Source: the human T2T-CHM13v2.0 reference genome, Homo sapiens | DNA: 64,000 bases | Reading direction: 5' to 3' (one strand) | Assembly (NCBI RefSeq): GCF_009914755.1 | Contig: NC_060936.1 | In this document: positions 42,304 to 58,672 of the stretch, one piece after another | Layout: the number at the start of each line of letters is the position of its first letter | How positions within the stretch are numbered: the stretch's first letter is position 1 | Program-made: the position numbers and the translations under genes | The notes under the pieces: model-generated | Seen by the model: only the letters and a program-made list of their open reading frames with translations | Told to the model about the DNA's origin: nothing | Databases searched by the model: none

Positions 42304-45300
42304 TTTTAAATTTTTTTATTTTAAGTTGAGGAGTACATATGCAGATTTATTATATAGGTAAACTTGTGTCATCAGGTTTTGTTGTATCGATTATGTCATC
42401 ACCCTGGTATTAAACCTAGTATCTCTTAGTTGTTTTCCCTAATTGTCTCCCTCCTCTCAACGTTTACCCTCTGAAAGGCCCCAGTGTGTGTTACCCTCTA
42501 TGTATTCATGTGCTGTCATCATTTAGCTCCCACTTATAAGTGAGAACATGCAGTATTTAGTTTTCTGTTCCTGCATTAGTTTGCTAAGGACAACGGCCTC
42601 CAGTTCCTTTTCTTTAGCCAGTCTCTCGTTGATGGGCATTTAGGTATATTCTGTGTCTTTGTTACTGTGAGTAGTGTTGCAATGAACATACACATACATG
42701 TGTCTTTATATTATAACAATTTATATCCCTTTGGATGTATACCCAGTAATGGGATTATTGGGTCGAAGGTATTAATATTTCTGTTTCTAGGTCTTTGAGA
42801 AATTGCCACACTGTCTTCCACAATGGTTGAACTAATTTATACTCCCACCAACAATGTATAAGTATTGCTTTTTCTCCACATGCTTGCCAGCATCTGTTAT
42901 TTTTTGACTTTTTAATAGCCATTCTGACTGGTGTGAGATGGTATCTCTTTGCGGTTTTGATTTGCATTTCTCTGATGATCATTGTTGTCTACCTGTATGT
43001 CTTCTTTTGAAAAGTGTTTTTTCATGTCCTTTGCCCACTTTTTAATGGGTTTTTTTTCTTTTAAATTTGTTTAAGTTCCTTATAGATGTTGGATATTAGA
43101 CCTTTGTTGGATGCATAGTTTGCAAATACTTTCTCTCATTCTGTAGGTTGTCTGTTTAATCAATTGATAGTTTCCTTTGCTGTGCAGAAGCTCTTTTGTT
43201 TACTTAGATCCTATTTGTCAATTTTTGCTTTTGTTGCTATTGCTTTTGGTGTCTTCATCATGAAATCTTTGCCAGTTCCTATGTCCAGGATGGTATTGCC
43301 TAGATTGTCTTCCAGGGTATTTATAGCTTTGGGTTTTGCATTTAAGTCTTTAATTCATCTTGAGTTAATTTTCATATGTGGTGTAAAGAAGGGGTTCAGT
43401 TTTAATCTTCTGCATATAGCTAGCCAGTTATCCCAGCACCATTTATTGAATAGGATCTCCTTTCCCCATTGCTTGTTTTTGTCAGCTTTGCTGAAGATCA
43501 GATGGTGGTGAGTGGCCTTATTTCTGGGTTTTCTATTCTGTTCCATTGGTCTATGTGTCTGTTTTTGTACCAGTACCATGCTGTTTTGGTTACTGTAGCT
43601 CTGTAGTATAGTTTGAAGTCAAGTAATATGATGCCTCCATCTTTGTTCTTTTTGCTTAGGATTGCCTGGGCTATATGGGCTGTTTTTTTGGTTCCATATG
43701 AATTTTAAAATACCATTTTCTAGTTCTGTGAAGAATGTCAATGGTAGCTTCATAGGAATAGCATTGAATCTTTAAATTGCTTTGGGCAGTATGGCTATTT
43801 TAATGATACTGATTCTTCCTATTCATGAGCATGGAATGTTTTTCCATTTGTGTCATTTCTTTGAGCAGTGCTTTGTATTTCTCCTTGTAGAGTTCTTTTA
43901 CCTCCCTGGTTAGCTGTATTCCTAGGTACTTTATTCTTTTTGTGGCGATTGTAAATGTGAGTTTGTTCATGATTTGGCTCTCTGATTGCCTATCATTGGT
44001 GTATAGGAATGCTAGTGATTTTCGTACATTGATTTTGTATCCTGAGATGTTGCTGAAGTTGTTTATCAGCTTAAGGTGCTTTTGGGTTGATACTACGGGG
44101 TTTCTAGATGTAGAAACGTGCCATCTCCAAACTGGGGTCGTTTGACTACCTCTCTTCCTATTTGGAGGTGTTTTAAATCTTTCTCCTTGCCTTATTGCTC
44201 TGGCCAGGTCTTCCAATACTATGCTGAATAGAAGTAGTGAGAGAGGGAATCCTTGTCTTGTGCTTGTTTTCAAGGGGAATGCTTCCAGCTTTTGCCCATT
44301 TAGTATGATGCTGGCTGTGGGTTTGTCATAGATGGCTCCTATTATTTTTGAGGTACGTTCTTTCAGTACCTAGTTTATTGAGAGTTCTTAACATAGAGCG
44401 ATGTTGAATTTTATCGAAAGCCTTTTCTTATCTATTGAGATAATCACGTGGTTTTTGCCTTTAGTTTGGTTTATGTGATTAAACATATTTATTGATTTGT
44501 GTATGTTGGACCAACCTTGCATCCCAGGAATAAGGCCTACTTGATAATGGTGAATAAGTGTTTTGATGTGCTGCTGGATGGAGTTTGCCAGTATTTTGTT
44601 GAGAATTTTTGCATCTATGTTTTTCAAGGAATCTCATTAGTTTCAAAGAACTTCTTGATTTGTGCCTGAAGTTTTCATTTTTCTTTTGTTGTATCTCTGC
44701 CAGTTTTTGGTGTCAGAATGAAGCTGGTCTCATAGAATGAGTTAGGAAGGAGTCCCTCTCCCTCAATTTTTTTGGAATAGTTTCAGCAGAAATGGTACCG
44801 GTTCTTCTTTGTGCATCTGGTAGAATTCAGCTTTGCGTCTATCTGGTCCTGGTCTTTTTTGGTTGGTAGGCTATTTATTACTGCCTCAATTTCAGAGCTC
44901 ATTATTGATCTATTCACGGATTCAATTTCTTCTTGATTCAGTTTTGGGAAGTTGTATGTTTCCAGGAATTTATCCATTTCTCCTAGATTTTCCAGTTTAC
45001 TTGCCTAGAGTTCTTCATAGTATTCTCTGATGGTTGTTTGTATTTCTGTGGGGTTAATGGTAATATCCCCCTTGTCAATTCTGATTGTGTTTATTTGAAT
45101 CTTCTCTCATTTTTTTTTCTTTATTAGTATTAGTCTAGCTAGAGGGCCGTCTTTTTTATGTTTTTTTTTTTTTTTTTTTTTTCAAAAAACCAGCTTCTGG
45201 ATTCACTGATCTCTTGAATAGTTTTTCATGTCTCAATTTCATTCAGTTCAGCTCTGATTTTGGTTATTTCTTGTCTTCTGCTAGCTTCAAGATTTGTTTG

Positions 45301-48300
45301 CTCGTGGGTCTCTAGTCATTTCAGTTGTGATTTTAGGTTGTTTACCTCAGATTTTTCTAACTTATTGATGTAGGTATTTAGTGCTATAAATTTCTGTCTT
45401 AACATACTTTAGCAGTGTTCCAGAGATTCTGGTATATTGTATCTTTGTTCTCATTAGTTTCAAAGAACTTCTTGATTTCCACCTTAATTTCATTATTTAC
45501 TCAAAAGTAATTCAGGAGCAGGTTATTCAATTTCCATATAATTGGTTTTAAGTAAATTTCTTAGTCTTAATTTCTAATTTGATTGTGCTGTTGTCCAATG
45601 GATTGCTATTATTTTAGTTCTTTTGCATTTGCTAACGAGTGTTTTACTTTTGATTATGTGATCAATTTTAGAGTATGTGCCATGTGGAAATGAGAAGAAT
45701 GTATATTCTGTTGTTTTTGGTTGGAGAGTTATGTAGATATCTATCAGATCCATTTGATCCAGGGTTGAGTTCAGTTTCTTAATATCTTTGTTAATTTTTT
45801 GTCTTGATGATCTCTCTAATATTGTCAGTAAGGTGTTAAAGTCTCCCACTATTATTGTGTGGAACCTCTTTGAAAGTCTCTAAGAACTTGCTTTATAAAT
45901 CTCAGTAAGCCTGTCTCTATTGGGTACATGTATATTTTAGGATAGTTAGATATTCTTTTGGAGTTGAACCCTTTACCTTTATGTAATGCCCTTCTTCGCA
46001 TTTTTTAAATCTTTGTTTGTTTAAACTCCGTTTCACCTGAAACTAGGATTGCAACCCATGCTTTTATTCTGTTTTACATTTGCTTGGTAGATTTTTCTCC
46101 ATGCCTTTATTTTGAGCCTATGTGTGTCATCGCATGTGAGATGGACCTCTTGAAGACAACATACCAATGGGTTTTGGTTCTTTATCCAGCTTGCCACTCT
46201 GTGTCTTTCAATTGGGGCATTTAGCCCATTTACATTCAAGGTTAGTATTGATATGTGTGGATTTGATTCTGTCATCATGATGTTAACTGGTTATTTTGCA
46301 GACTTGTTTATGTGGCTTCGTTATATTGTCACTGGTCTGTGTACTTCAGCGTGTTTTTGTAGTGCCTGGTAATGGTCTTTCCTTTCCATATTTAGGGCTT
46401 CTTTCAGGAGCTCTTGTAAGGCAGGTCTGATGGTAACAAATTGCCTCAATATTTGCTTGTCTGATAAGGATTTTATTTCCCCTTTGCTTATGAAGCTTAG
46501 TTTGGCCAGTCTGAAATTCTGGATTGGAATTTCTTTTCTTTAAATATGTTGAGTATTGGTCCGCAATCTCTTCTGGCTTGTAGAATTTCAGCTGATGGGT
46601 CCACTGTTAGTCAGATTAGCTTCCCTTTTTAGGTGACTTGACATTTCTCTAGCTGTCTGTAATATTTTTTCTTTGATTTCAACATTGGAAAATCTTATGA
46701 CTATGTGCCTTGGGGATGATCTTCTTGTAAAATTTCTTACTGGGGGGTCTCTGCATTTCCTGAATTTCAATGTTGGCCTCTGTAGCTAGGCTGGGGAAGT
46801 TCTCATGGATGATATCCTGAAATATGTTTTCCAAGTTGGTTCCATTCTCCCCATCTCTTTCAGGGACACCAATGAGTCATAGATCTGATCTCTTTACATA
46901 GTCCCATATTTCTTGAAGGTTTCATTCATTCCTTTTCATCATTTTTTCTCTATTCTTGTCTGACTGTCTTATTTCAGAAAGCCAGTCTTCAAGCTCTGTG
47001 ATTCTTTCCTCCACCTGGTCTATTCTGCTATTAATACTTGTGATTGCATTATGAAATTCTTGTAGTGTGTTTTCAGCTCTATTAGGTCAGTTACATTCTT
47101 TTATGTACTGGTTATTTTGTCTGTCAGCTCCTGAATTGTTTTATCATGAATTTTAGCTTCCTTGCATTGGGTTTCAATGTACTCCTGTAGCTCAATTATC
47201 TTCATTCCTATCCAAATTCTGAATTTTATTTCTGTCATTTCAGCCATCTCAGCCCAGTTGAGAATCCTTGCTGGAGAGGTGATGTGGTTGTTTGGAGGAA
47301 AGAAGGCATTCTGGCTTTTTGAGCTTTTAAGATTCTTTCACTGATTCTCATCTTTGTGGGCTTAACTACCTTCAATCTTTGAGATTTCTGACCTTTTTTT
47401 TTTATCGTATTTGATGACCTTGAGGGTTTGATTGTGGCATAAGGTGAATTCAGCCATCTGGCTTTGTTTCTGTAAATGTTAGGGGGCCAGCAGTCAACTC
47501 CTGGACTGTGTGCTCTAACTCTGGGGACTAGTATTGGGCCCCGACTTTGTTGTCTGCCTCCTCCAGGTTAGAAATCCACTGTGCTGGGGTGGTAAGTGAG
47601 GTGTGGTAGCTGTGTTAGCCAGTGCCCAGGTGTCTGTTTTCCTGTAGGTGTTCACTACAGTGCCTGCTTACCTGTAGGCATTCACCATAGTGGTGGAGGC
47701 CACACAGCTGAGGGGCAGGTGGAGCAGGAGGCCCCTGCTGGCTACTGTGTGCATGGTCATGCTGGAGGTGGTATTGGCTCAGGGGTAGGGTGCTGGCAGG
47801 TGCTAGTCTGGTTACCTTCTCTGTTTCCCACAAGTAGGAGTGATCCCTCAGAATGGGCGAGGATCAGCTGTTCTCTGCTCAGTGTTAGCACAAAGGCCGG
47901 ATGCCGATGGGGTCAGGGATGGCTAGCTCTGTGCCCACAAAGAGCTGGCATTGATGGGGGGGAGTGGGGGCATACTGAACTCCCATGTGCTGGTGGGGCA
48001 AGGAAAGCAAAACCTGCTGCAGACACAGGTTGGAGTTGCTGGGAGTTGCCGTGGGCCCGGGGAAGCTGCAGTACGGGGAGGGAGTATGTGGGCTGGTGCA
48101 TGGCCATAGGGGTCACTTTGCTGGAACTCTCTGCTAGTCAGGCATGGTCCGCCAGTGCAGAAGCTAGGGTATAGGCCTCCAGGGCACGTGAGACTTCCCT
48201 GCAAGAAGGTGTTGCCAGGCTGGATTCCCTGGAGAGGCCAGCAGACCAAGGGGTGCTCAGACTGCCCCACAGGGTTCAGGTCCGACAGTTCCCCTAGGGT

Positions 48301-48760
48301 TAACGTCTCCTATGGGAGCCAGTCAAGCTTAGGGGCATGGCCATCCCTGGCTATGCTCTGCTGTGGATACTCCCACACCAAGTCCTCTGGGCTCCACATC
48401 AGCTGGCTTGCTGCTTCTACCACTTCTCTAAGCAGATATCCTGGACAACTCGAGTGTCTGTGGTGGTTGAGGGGTCTCCTCCTGCTGGAGTTCCAAAGAC
48501 CATGGTGAGAACAGGTTGCTTCTTGCCAGTTCAACTCATTCATTCCCCTGGAGCTGTTGGGGGCCAGGAAGGAGTCTGATGTGCCATAGACCCAGGCAGG
48601 GTTTCCAGCTTTCTCCCCTTCATCCCAACTTCTGTGTCTTCCGTCTGTCCACTCTTGGTACCTTCCCTCTGAACATCTGTTAGAAGCATGCCAGTCATCT
48701 TGGTCCCTCAACGGGAGCTGTTCTATGTGGCTGTGTCTATTCAGTCATGTTACTCTCCCC
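42304..48760 (-). mobile_element. Full-length older L1PA (PA13/14-like), ORFs disrupted
   Basis: 3'UTR, ORF2 and ORF1 fragments, and a GC-rich 5'UTR (47350-48760). TSD tga(t/c)tcatctt at 42293-42303 and 48761-48771. Confidence 0.92.
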
Positions 48761-49222
48761 TGACTCATCTTAATCTAAGTGAACCATCTTAGGAAAAAAC
48801 AGATTTTTCCCTATTTTTAAAATATTACCATTTGAAGCTGTTTGAATGCATTTAAAAAGATGTTGAAGTGTAATGCCTATTTCTATACATCAAGATAATA
48901 TATAAAACAAGAAATTGATGTTTTTATGTAGACATATTTCTCTCTTTGAATAAGGTTTTCAATAAAATAAATACAATTTCATTTAAAAATCCAGTTTTTA
49001 AGACTTTCTCAGAGCTTAGAATAAAACATTGTGTTACCTTTAAAACTTTAATACAAGCAGGCATAGGTTTTCACAATGCAATTATAGATGTGTTAATCAT
49101 TTATTTGATGGATCGTTTAAAAGATATTTTTGTGGAAATACAAATGTAAAAAAAGGTTCTTAATACTAACCAATTCCAGTGCCTTCCTCATATTTCTATT
49201 GTTGACTTCATCAAGTAGTCTT

Positions 49223-49720
49223 TGTGGTAGTCACGGAAGTGTGCCAGTCAGGTATTCCTTCATGAGAAAACCTGCACTAGGAGTGCACTTACTTGACAAC
49301 CTCTAGGTGTGAGTCATTTCAGGATCTGTCTCAGCTTTAGATACCTGCCCTGCCACGTTCTCCTTGGCAACTCCCAGTTGATGACTGAGCACAACGGAGG
49401 TATAAAGTTCACCATATCTGTCCATTGAACTCAACCAATAGTCTTCATGCTGAGCTCCACATTGGTCTGGCTGAAACTTTCCCAGAGCTGATGTCTTTCC
49501 TGCCCAATCCTCCTCCACTTCCCACCTCTTTCATAAGTGTCAGACCAGCATTGTCAGCCAAAGGTTGCACCTGCCAACGACAGCTCTCTTAATATAAATG
49601 ATAAAGATAAATGCTTTCACAACCATTTCCCCTGAGATGTGCACACACACACACACATACACAAACGTTTACAATGACATATACCATAATTCTAACTCTC
49701 TCTTGGTCTGGTTCCAAAAG
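49223..49720 (+). mobile_element. LTR16A-like ERVL LTR
   Basis: tgtggtagtcacggaag...atgactgagcac...tgcccaatcctcc...gtgtcagacc. Confidence 0.65.
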
Positions 49721-49793
49721 GATCTTATTGATGCATGTATTAAGCATTTTCTATAGCAAGAAGCAGCGCTAGATTTAGTAGGATACAGTTTCT

Positions 49794-50482
49794 TATTGGA
49801 GCTCAGAACATGATACCCCATAGTATGGTGCTTTGACATGCTGAGTACTTTGAATTAAAATAGATTGGAAGGCCTCAGAAACAAGTTCTCTCTGTCCTTC
49901 TCCTGCCCTCCCTCTCTCACCCCTCTTTTTCCCCTGAAACAACTTGTAGACAGAACTCATCTTCCACAAGGTGGGTCATAGAAACTAGAGCTTCCCTCCC
50001 CCACAGAAACCACAATATCTAGAAATACTACCCCTAACCTTCCTTACCTATCTGTGTAGGAGCTGGCCATAAAGAAATTTTCTGATCTACTTTGCCTGAT
50101 AGTGGGTCATAAGATCCTTGTTCCAGGAAGGTCCTGCCCCGTACCTGGGAGGTAGGAGTGTTGCACAAAGAAGCCAAGAAGAATCTGAACAGATAGGCCT
50201 TGCTGGGTGCCTCCCCACCACCCAGTCTGTTACCATCAGTTCATACTCTTTTTGTCCAATCGCATTTCTATACAGCTTTTCATTCTTCATCAAATCTAAG
50301 CATAAAAAAGAACAGTTTTCCCTGGGTCTTTGGGTCTTCATTTCTTAAGTCTCCTATGTTATGTAAAACTTTGATTAAATAAATTTGTTATGGTTTTCTC
50401 TCATTAACCTGTCTTTTGTTATAGGAGTGTTGATTGTGATGCTTATGATGGACAAGGAAAGGTATCATGTCCTGCCCCTACA
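49794..50482 (+). mobile_element. ERV1 solo LTR (MER31/MER67-like)
   Basis: ggagctcagaacatgatacccc...gacatgctgagtactttgaa...gccaagaagaatctgaacag...attaaataaa...cccctaca. Near-TSD ttct/tcct. Confidence 0.75.
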
Positions 50483-50879
50483 TCCTAATACCCCCAAATT
50501 TATAATTTTTCAGAAAAAATAAGATAAATATTAAAATAAGCATTATATAAGTTAAGTGAAGAACTATGAGGTATAAATAATGTACAATAATATATAAATA
50601 TATAGTAATAATACAATAGTGATTAAAATTTTAATATTTTATCATAGATTTTGATTTTTTATAATATTACCTATCTTTACTGAGTTTTTTGGCATCCTCT
50701 TAAATTTTGTACCCAAGGCAGTGTCTTAGTCCTTGCTCCCTTTACCCCCATCCCAGCCCTGTAAAGCACTAAATAAATATTACCCATAATTATTTGGAGT
50801 AAAGTAAAACAATCATAGCTCCTAAAATCAGAAAATAGTCCAACATGCTTTGCCTTATAAGGGCATTTAGAGTCTGTAT

Positions 50880-51190
50880 TTTCTCAAACAACATTCAAAC
50901 CCCTCTTGGTGGCCCACGCAATCCTACATAATCTAAGCTTATCCTTACCATCTCATCTCATCTCTCCCTACCCTGGCTCATGATGCTCAAGTATCTCTCA
51001 CCTTCCTTCAGTTTCTTTAAATGCACAAGCCTTTTTTTTTCTGACTCAAGGTGTTTATATGTACTCTTCGTTCTCTCCTTCCCTCCTCCTCATCTTTCAG
51101 GTTTCAATTTAAATGTTCTCTCTTTAAGGAGAACTTGCTTCTTACTGCATTGTGTCTGGTACAAAACAGAACTCAACAAGTATTAAATTA
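50880..51190 (+). mobile_element. L2 3' fragment
   Basis: ttcaaacccctc...catctttcaggtttcaatttaaatg...aactcaacaagtatt. Confidence 0.55.
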
Positions 51191-52938
51191 AAAAATATTT
51201 CCAGCTAGATCATTCAACATGTGTTTTCTCTGCATTATGAGTTCCAAAGCAAACATATATTTATCTATGATGTGTGTACTCAAGGATTGAGATAAAGTTA
51301 AAAATAAAAAGAGGCAGGTGAGAACAGAGCAGAATAGACAAAAATGTATTGAGAGACCACAACTTTGAGTCTCACTTTAACATTATTTATTGGTGTGATT
51401 TATCTGAAAGCATTAATATATATAAAGATTTTGACCTTAAACATTTCTTCTTAATCTAAAATTTTATAGTTCACTTATTTTTCTCATTCATTCACTCACT
51501 CATTCATTTTGTAATTCAACCCATGTGCAGGCACTGTGCTCATCATGAGGGGTACCTGGCAGGATGAAGCCATCAGGTTGTTCTTTGTGGAATTTACATC
51601 CTAGTGCTTCTTTCCTTTCTGGCCATTAAAAGGAATAACAATAGGTGAATACATTTTGAAATAATTTCTGTTTTTTGTTTATCAGAATCTATCAACTGGA
51701 TGTAAAAGACAAGAGCATTCTTAAACTTATACTTCTTATGAAAGATAGCCAGGGAGCATTGGCCCAGGGCAGACTGCCCACAGCACATCTTGCCCATTTT
51801 GATAATCTTCTGTGGCCCCTACATCCTGAGTCTAGTAGCTGTCCTGTTAGTCTTGAAGAGAAAGATAAACTATGAGATATTTCTCTTCCTTTTATGAATT
51901 CTAAATAAATGCAACCTGGGTGGATACATTGCTATCCAAAGGGCATACATTCTGTCACATCCACATATTCACATGTAATGCTTCTATACATTCATCCCAG
52001 TAACAAAGCAATTTTCTCATAAATTTGTCAAGAAAAGTGAATGATAAGAAGGTATACAACTCCAACCTGTCACACATCACAATTTCAAGGTAACTGTTCT
52101 AGAGAAATGGAAATAATGTTAAGCATCAAAATTTCAGGGTGGAAGACAAGTTAATTTAATTCCATGCCACTAAAGATAATGTTATTAAGCATCAAACAGT
52201 TTTGCTAGCTGACTTTTAACACACTTTTAAAGTTGAACTAACTCAATTGTATCAGAATTTGGGGAAAGTTTACGAAAAAGTTGAATCAAGGACAGACAAG
52301 CAGGTAGCAATATTCAAATACATGCAAAATACCAAGTGAAACAGGTAACTGAGATTGAATATAGAAATGAACTTAGAATCATAGAATTTTATTGCCAGAA
52401 GGGGCTTTAGAGATGATCTGATTCAATTTTTAGTGAAGCAGGCAAGAGATTTAAAAAACCACCTTTTCCATTAAGAAGATAATTCTACGCCACCCCCATA
52501 CCCTGCCATCGTCACCACAATTTGGATTAAAGAAAAAACGGAATACTTACTGTATAATTTTATGTGTCAGAAATAGAAAAAGATGACTGTAGTTTATTTA
52601 ATACAGAAAATAGAAAATATAGTTGCTTATTTCTGCTATATTTTACTCTGCCTTTGTTAGAAAGATGCAAGAAATGTTTGACTGTGTGGGCATAAAGAAA
52701 CATATTTCTACATTCAGAGGAAGAGTTAAAAATAATAATGTTGGAAGCAGCCAAGATGGCTGAATAGGAACAGCTCCGGTCTACAGCTCCCAGCATGAGC
52801 GATGCAGAAGACGGGTGATTTTTGCATTTCCATCTGAGGTACCGGGTTCATCTCACTAGGGAGTGCCAGACAGTGGGTGCAGGACAGTGGGTGCAGTGCA
52901 CCGTGTGCAAACTGAAGAAGGGTGAGGCATTGCCTCAC

Positions 52939-53193
52939 TCAGGAAGTACAATGGGTCAGGGAGTTCCCTTTCCTAGTCAAAGAAAGGGGTGACAGACGGC
53001 ACCTGGAAAATCGGGTCACTCCCGCCCTAATACTGTGCTTTTCCGACGGGCTTAAAAATCGGCGCACCATGAGATTATATCCCGCACCTGGCTTGGAGGG
53101 TCCTATGCCCACAGAGTCTGGCTGATTGCTAGCACAGCAGTCTGAGATCAAACTGCAAGGTGGTAGTGAGGCTGGGGGAGGGGCACCCACCAT
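52939..53193 (-). CDS. LINE-1 ORF0 (antisense 5'UTR ORF), open, 84 aa
   Basis: MVGAPPPASLPPCSLISDCCASNQPDSVGIGPSKPGAGYNLMVRRFLSPSEKHSIRAGVTRFSRC... matches primate ORF0. ATG at 53193; both donors are retained (GT at 53087 and 53002). Expression is unknown. Confidence 0.7.
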   Translation of the reverse strand: MVGAPPPASLPPCSLISDCCASNQPDSVGIGPSKPGAGYNLMVRRFLSPSEKHSIRAGVTRFSRCRLSPLSLTRKGNSLTHCTS

Positions 53194-53778
53194 TGCCCAG
53201 GCTTGCTTAGGTAAACAAAGCAGCTGGGAAGCTTGAACTGGGTGGAGCCCACCACAGCTCAAGGAGGCCTGCCTGCCTCTGTAGGCTCCACGTCTGGGGG
53301 CAGGGCACAGACAAACAAAAAGACAGCAGTAACCTCTGCAGACTTAAATGTGCCTGCCTGTCTGACAGCTTTGAAGAGAGCAGTGGTTCTCCCAGCACGC
53401 AGCTGGATATCTGAGAACGGGCAGACTGCCTCCTCAAGTGGGTCCCTGACCCCTGATCCCTGAGCAGCCTAACTGGGAGGCACCCCCCAGTAGGGGCAGA
53501 CTGACACCTCACACGCCCCGGTACTCCTCTGAGACAAAACTTACAGAGGAACGATCAGAAAGCAGCATTCGCGGTTCACGAAAATCTGCTGTTCTGCAGC
53601 CACTGCTGCTGTTACCCAGGAACAGGGTCTGGAGTGGACCTCTAGCAAACTCCAACAGACCTGCAGCTGAGGGTCCTGTCTGTTAGAAGGAAAAGTAACA
53701 AACAGAAAGGACATCCACACCAAAAACCCATCTGTACGTCACCATCATCAAAGACCAAAAGTAGATAAAACCACAAAG

Positions 53779-54795
53779 ATGGGGAAGAAACAGAGCAGAA
53801 AAACTGGAAACTCTAAAAAGCAGAGCGCCTCTCCTCCTCCAAAGGAACGCAGTTCCTCACCAGCAACGGAACAAAGCTGGACGGAGAATGACTTTGACGA
53901 GTTGAGAGAAGAAGGCTTCAGACGATCAAACTACTCCGAGCTACAGGAGGAAATTCAAACCAAAGGCAAAGAAGATGAAAACTTTGAAAAAAATTTAGAC
54001 AAATGTATAACTAGAATAACCAATACAGAGAAGTGCTTAAAGGAGCTGATAGAGCTGAAAGCCAAGGCTCGAGAACTACGTGAAGAATGCAGAAACCTCA
54101 GGAGCCGATGTGATCAACTGGAAGAAAGGGTATCAGCGATGGAAGATGAAATGAATGAAATGAAGTGAGAAGGGAAGTTTAGAGAAAAAAGAATAAAAAG
54201 AAATGAACAAAGCCTCCAAGAAATATGGGACTATGTGAAAAGACCAAATCTACGTCTGATTGGTGTACCTGAAAGTGATGGGGAGAATGGAACCAAGTTG
54301 GAAAACACTCTGCAGGATATTATGCAGGAGAACTTCCCCAATTTAGCAAGGCAGGCCAACATTCAGATTCAGGAAATACAGAGAATGCCACAAAGATACT
54401 CCTCGAGAACAGCAACTCCAAGACACATAATTGTCAGATTCACCAAAGTTGAAATGAAGGAAAAAATGTTAAGGGCAGCCAGAGGGAAAGGTCAGGTTAC
54501 CCACAAAGGGAAGCCCATCAGACTAACAGCGGATCTCTCGGCAGAAATTGTACGAGCCAGAAGAGAGTGGGGGCCAATACTCAACGTTCTTAAAGAAAAG
54601 AATTTTCAACCCAGAATTTCATATCCAGCCAAACTAAGCCTCATAAGTGAAGGAGAAATAAAATCCTTTACAGACAAGCAAATGCTGAGAGATTTTGTCA
54701 CCACCAGGCCTGCCCTAAAAGAGCTCCTGAAGGAAGCACTAAACATGGAAAGGAAAAACAGGTACCAGCCACTGCAAAATCATGCCAAATTGTAA
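53779..54795 (+). pseudogene. L1 ORF1p, full frame with one nonsense codon (CGA>TGA at 54166-54168)
   Basis: MGKKQSRKTGNSK...EMNEMK* is followed in the same frame by KRPNLRLIGVPE...LQNHAKL. Confidence 0.95.
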
Positions 54796-54858
54796 AGACC
54801 ATCGAGGCTAGGAAGAAACTGCATCAACTAACGAGCAAAATAACCAGCTAACATCAAA

Positions 54859-58672
<3,814 letters not shown>

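Noticed and set aside
47596-48711. Cluster of 100-192 aa overlapping ORFs
   Set aside because: These lie in the GC-rich 5'UTR of the old L1, where stop codons are scarce. No recognisable protein.
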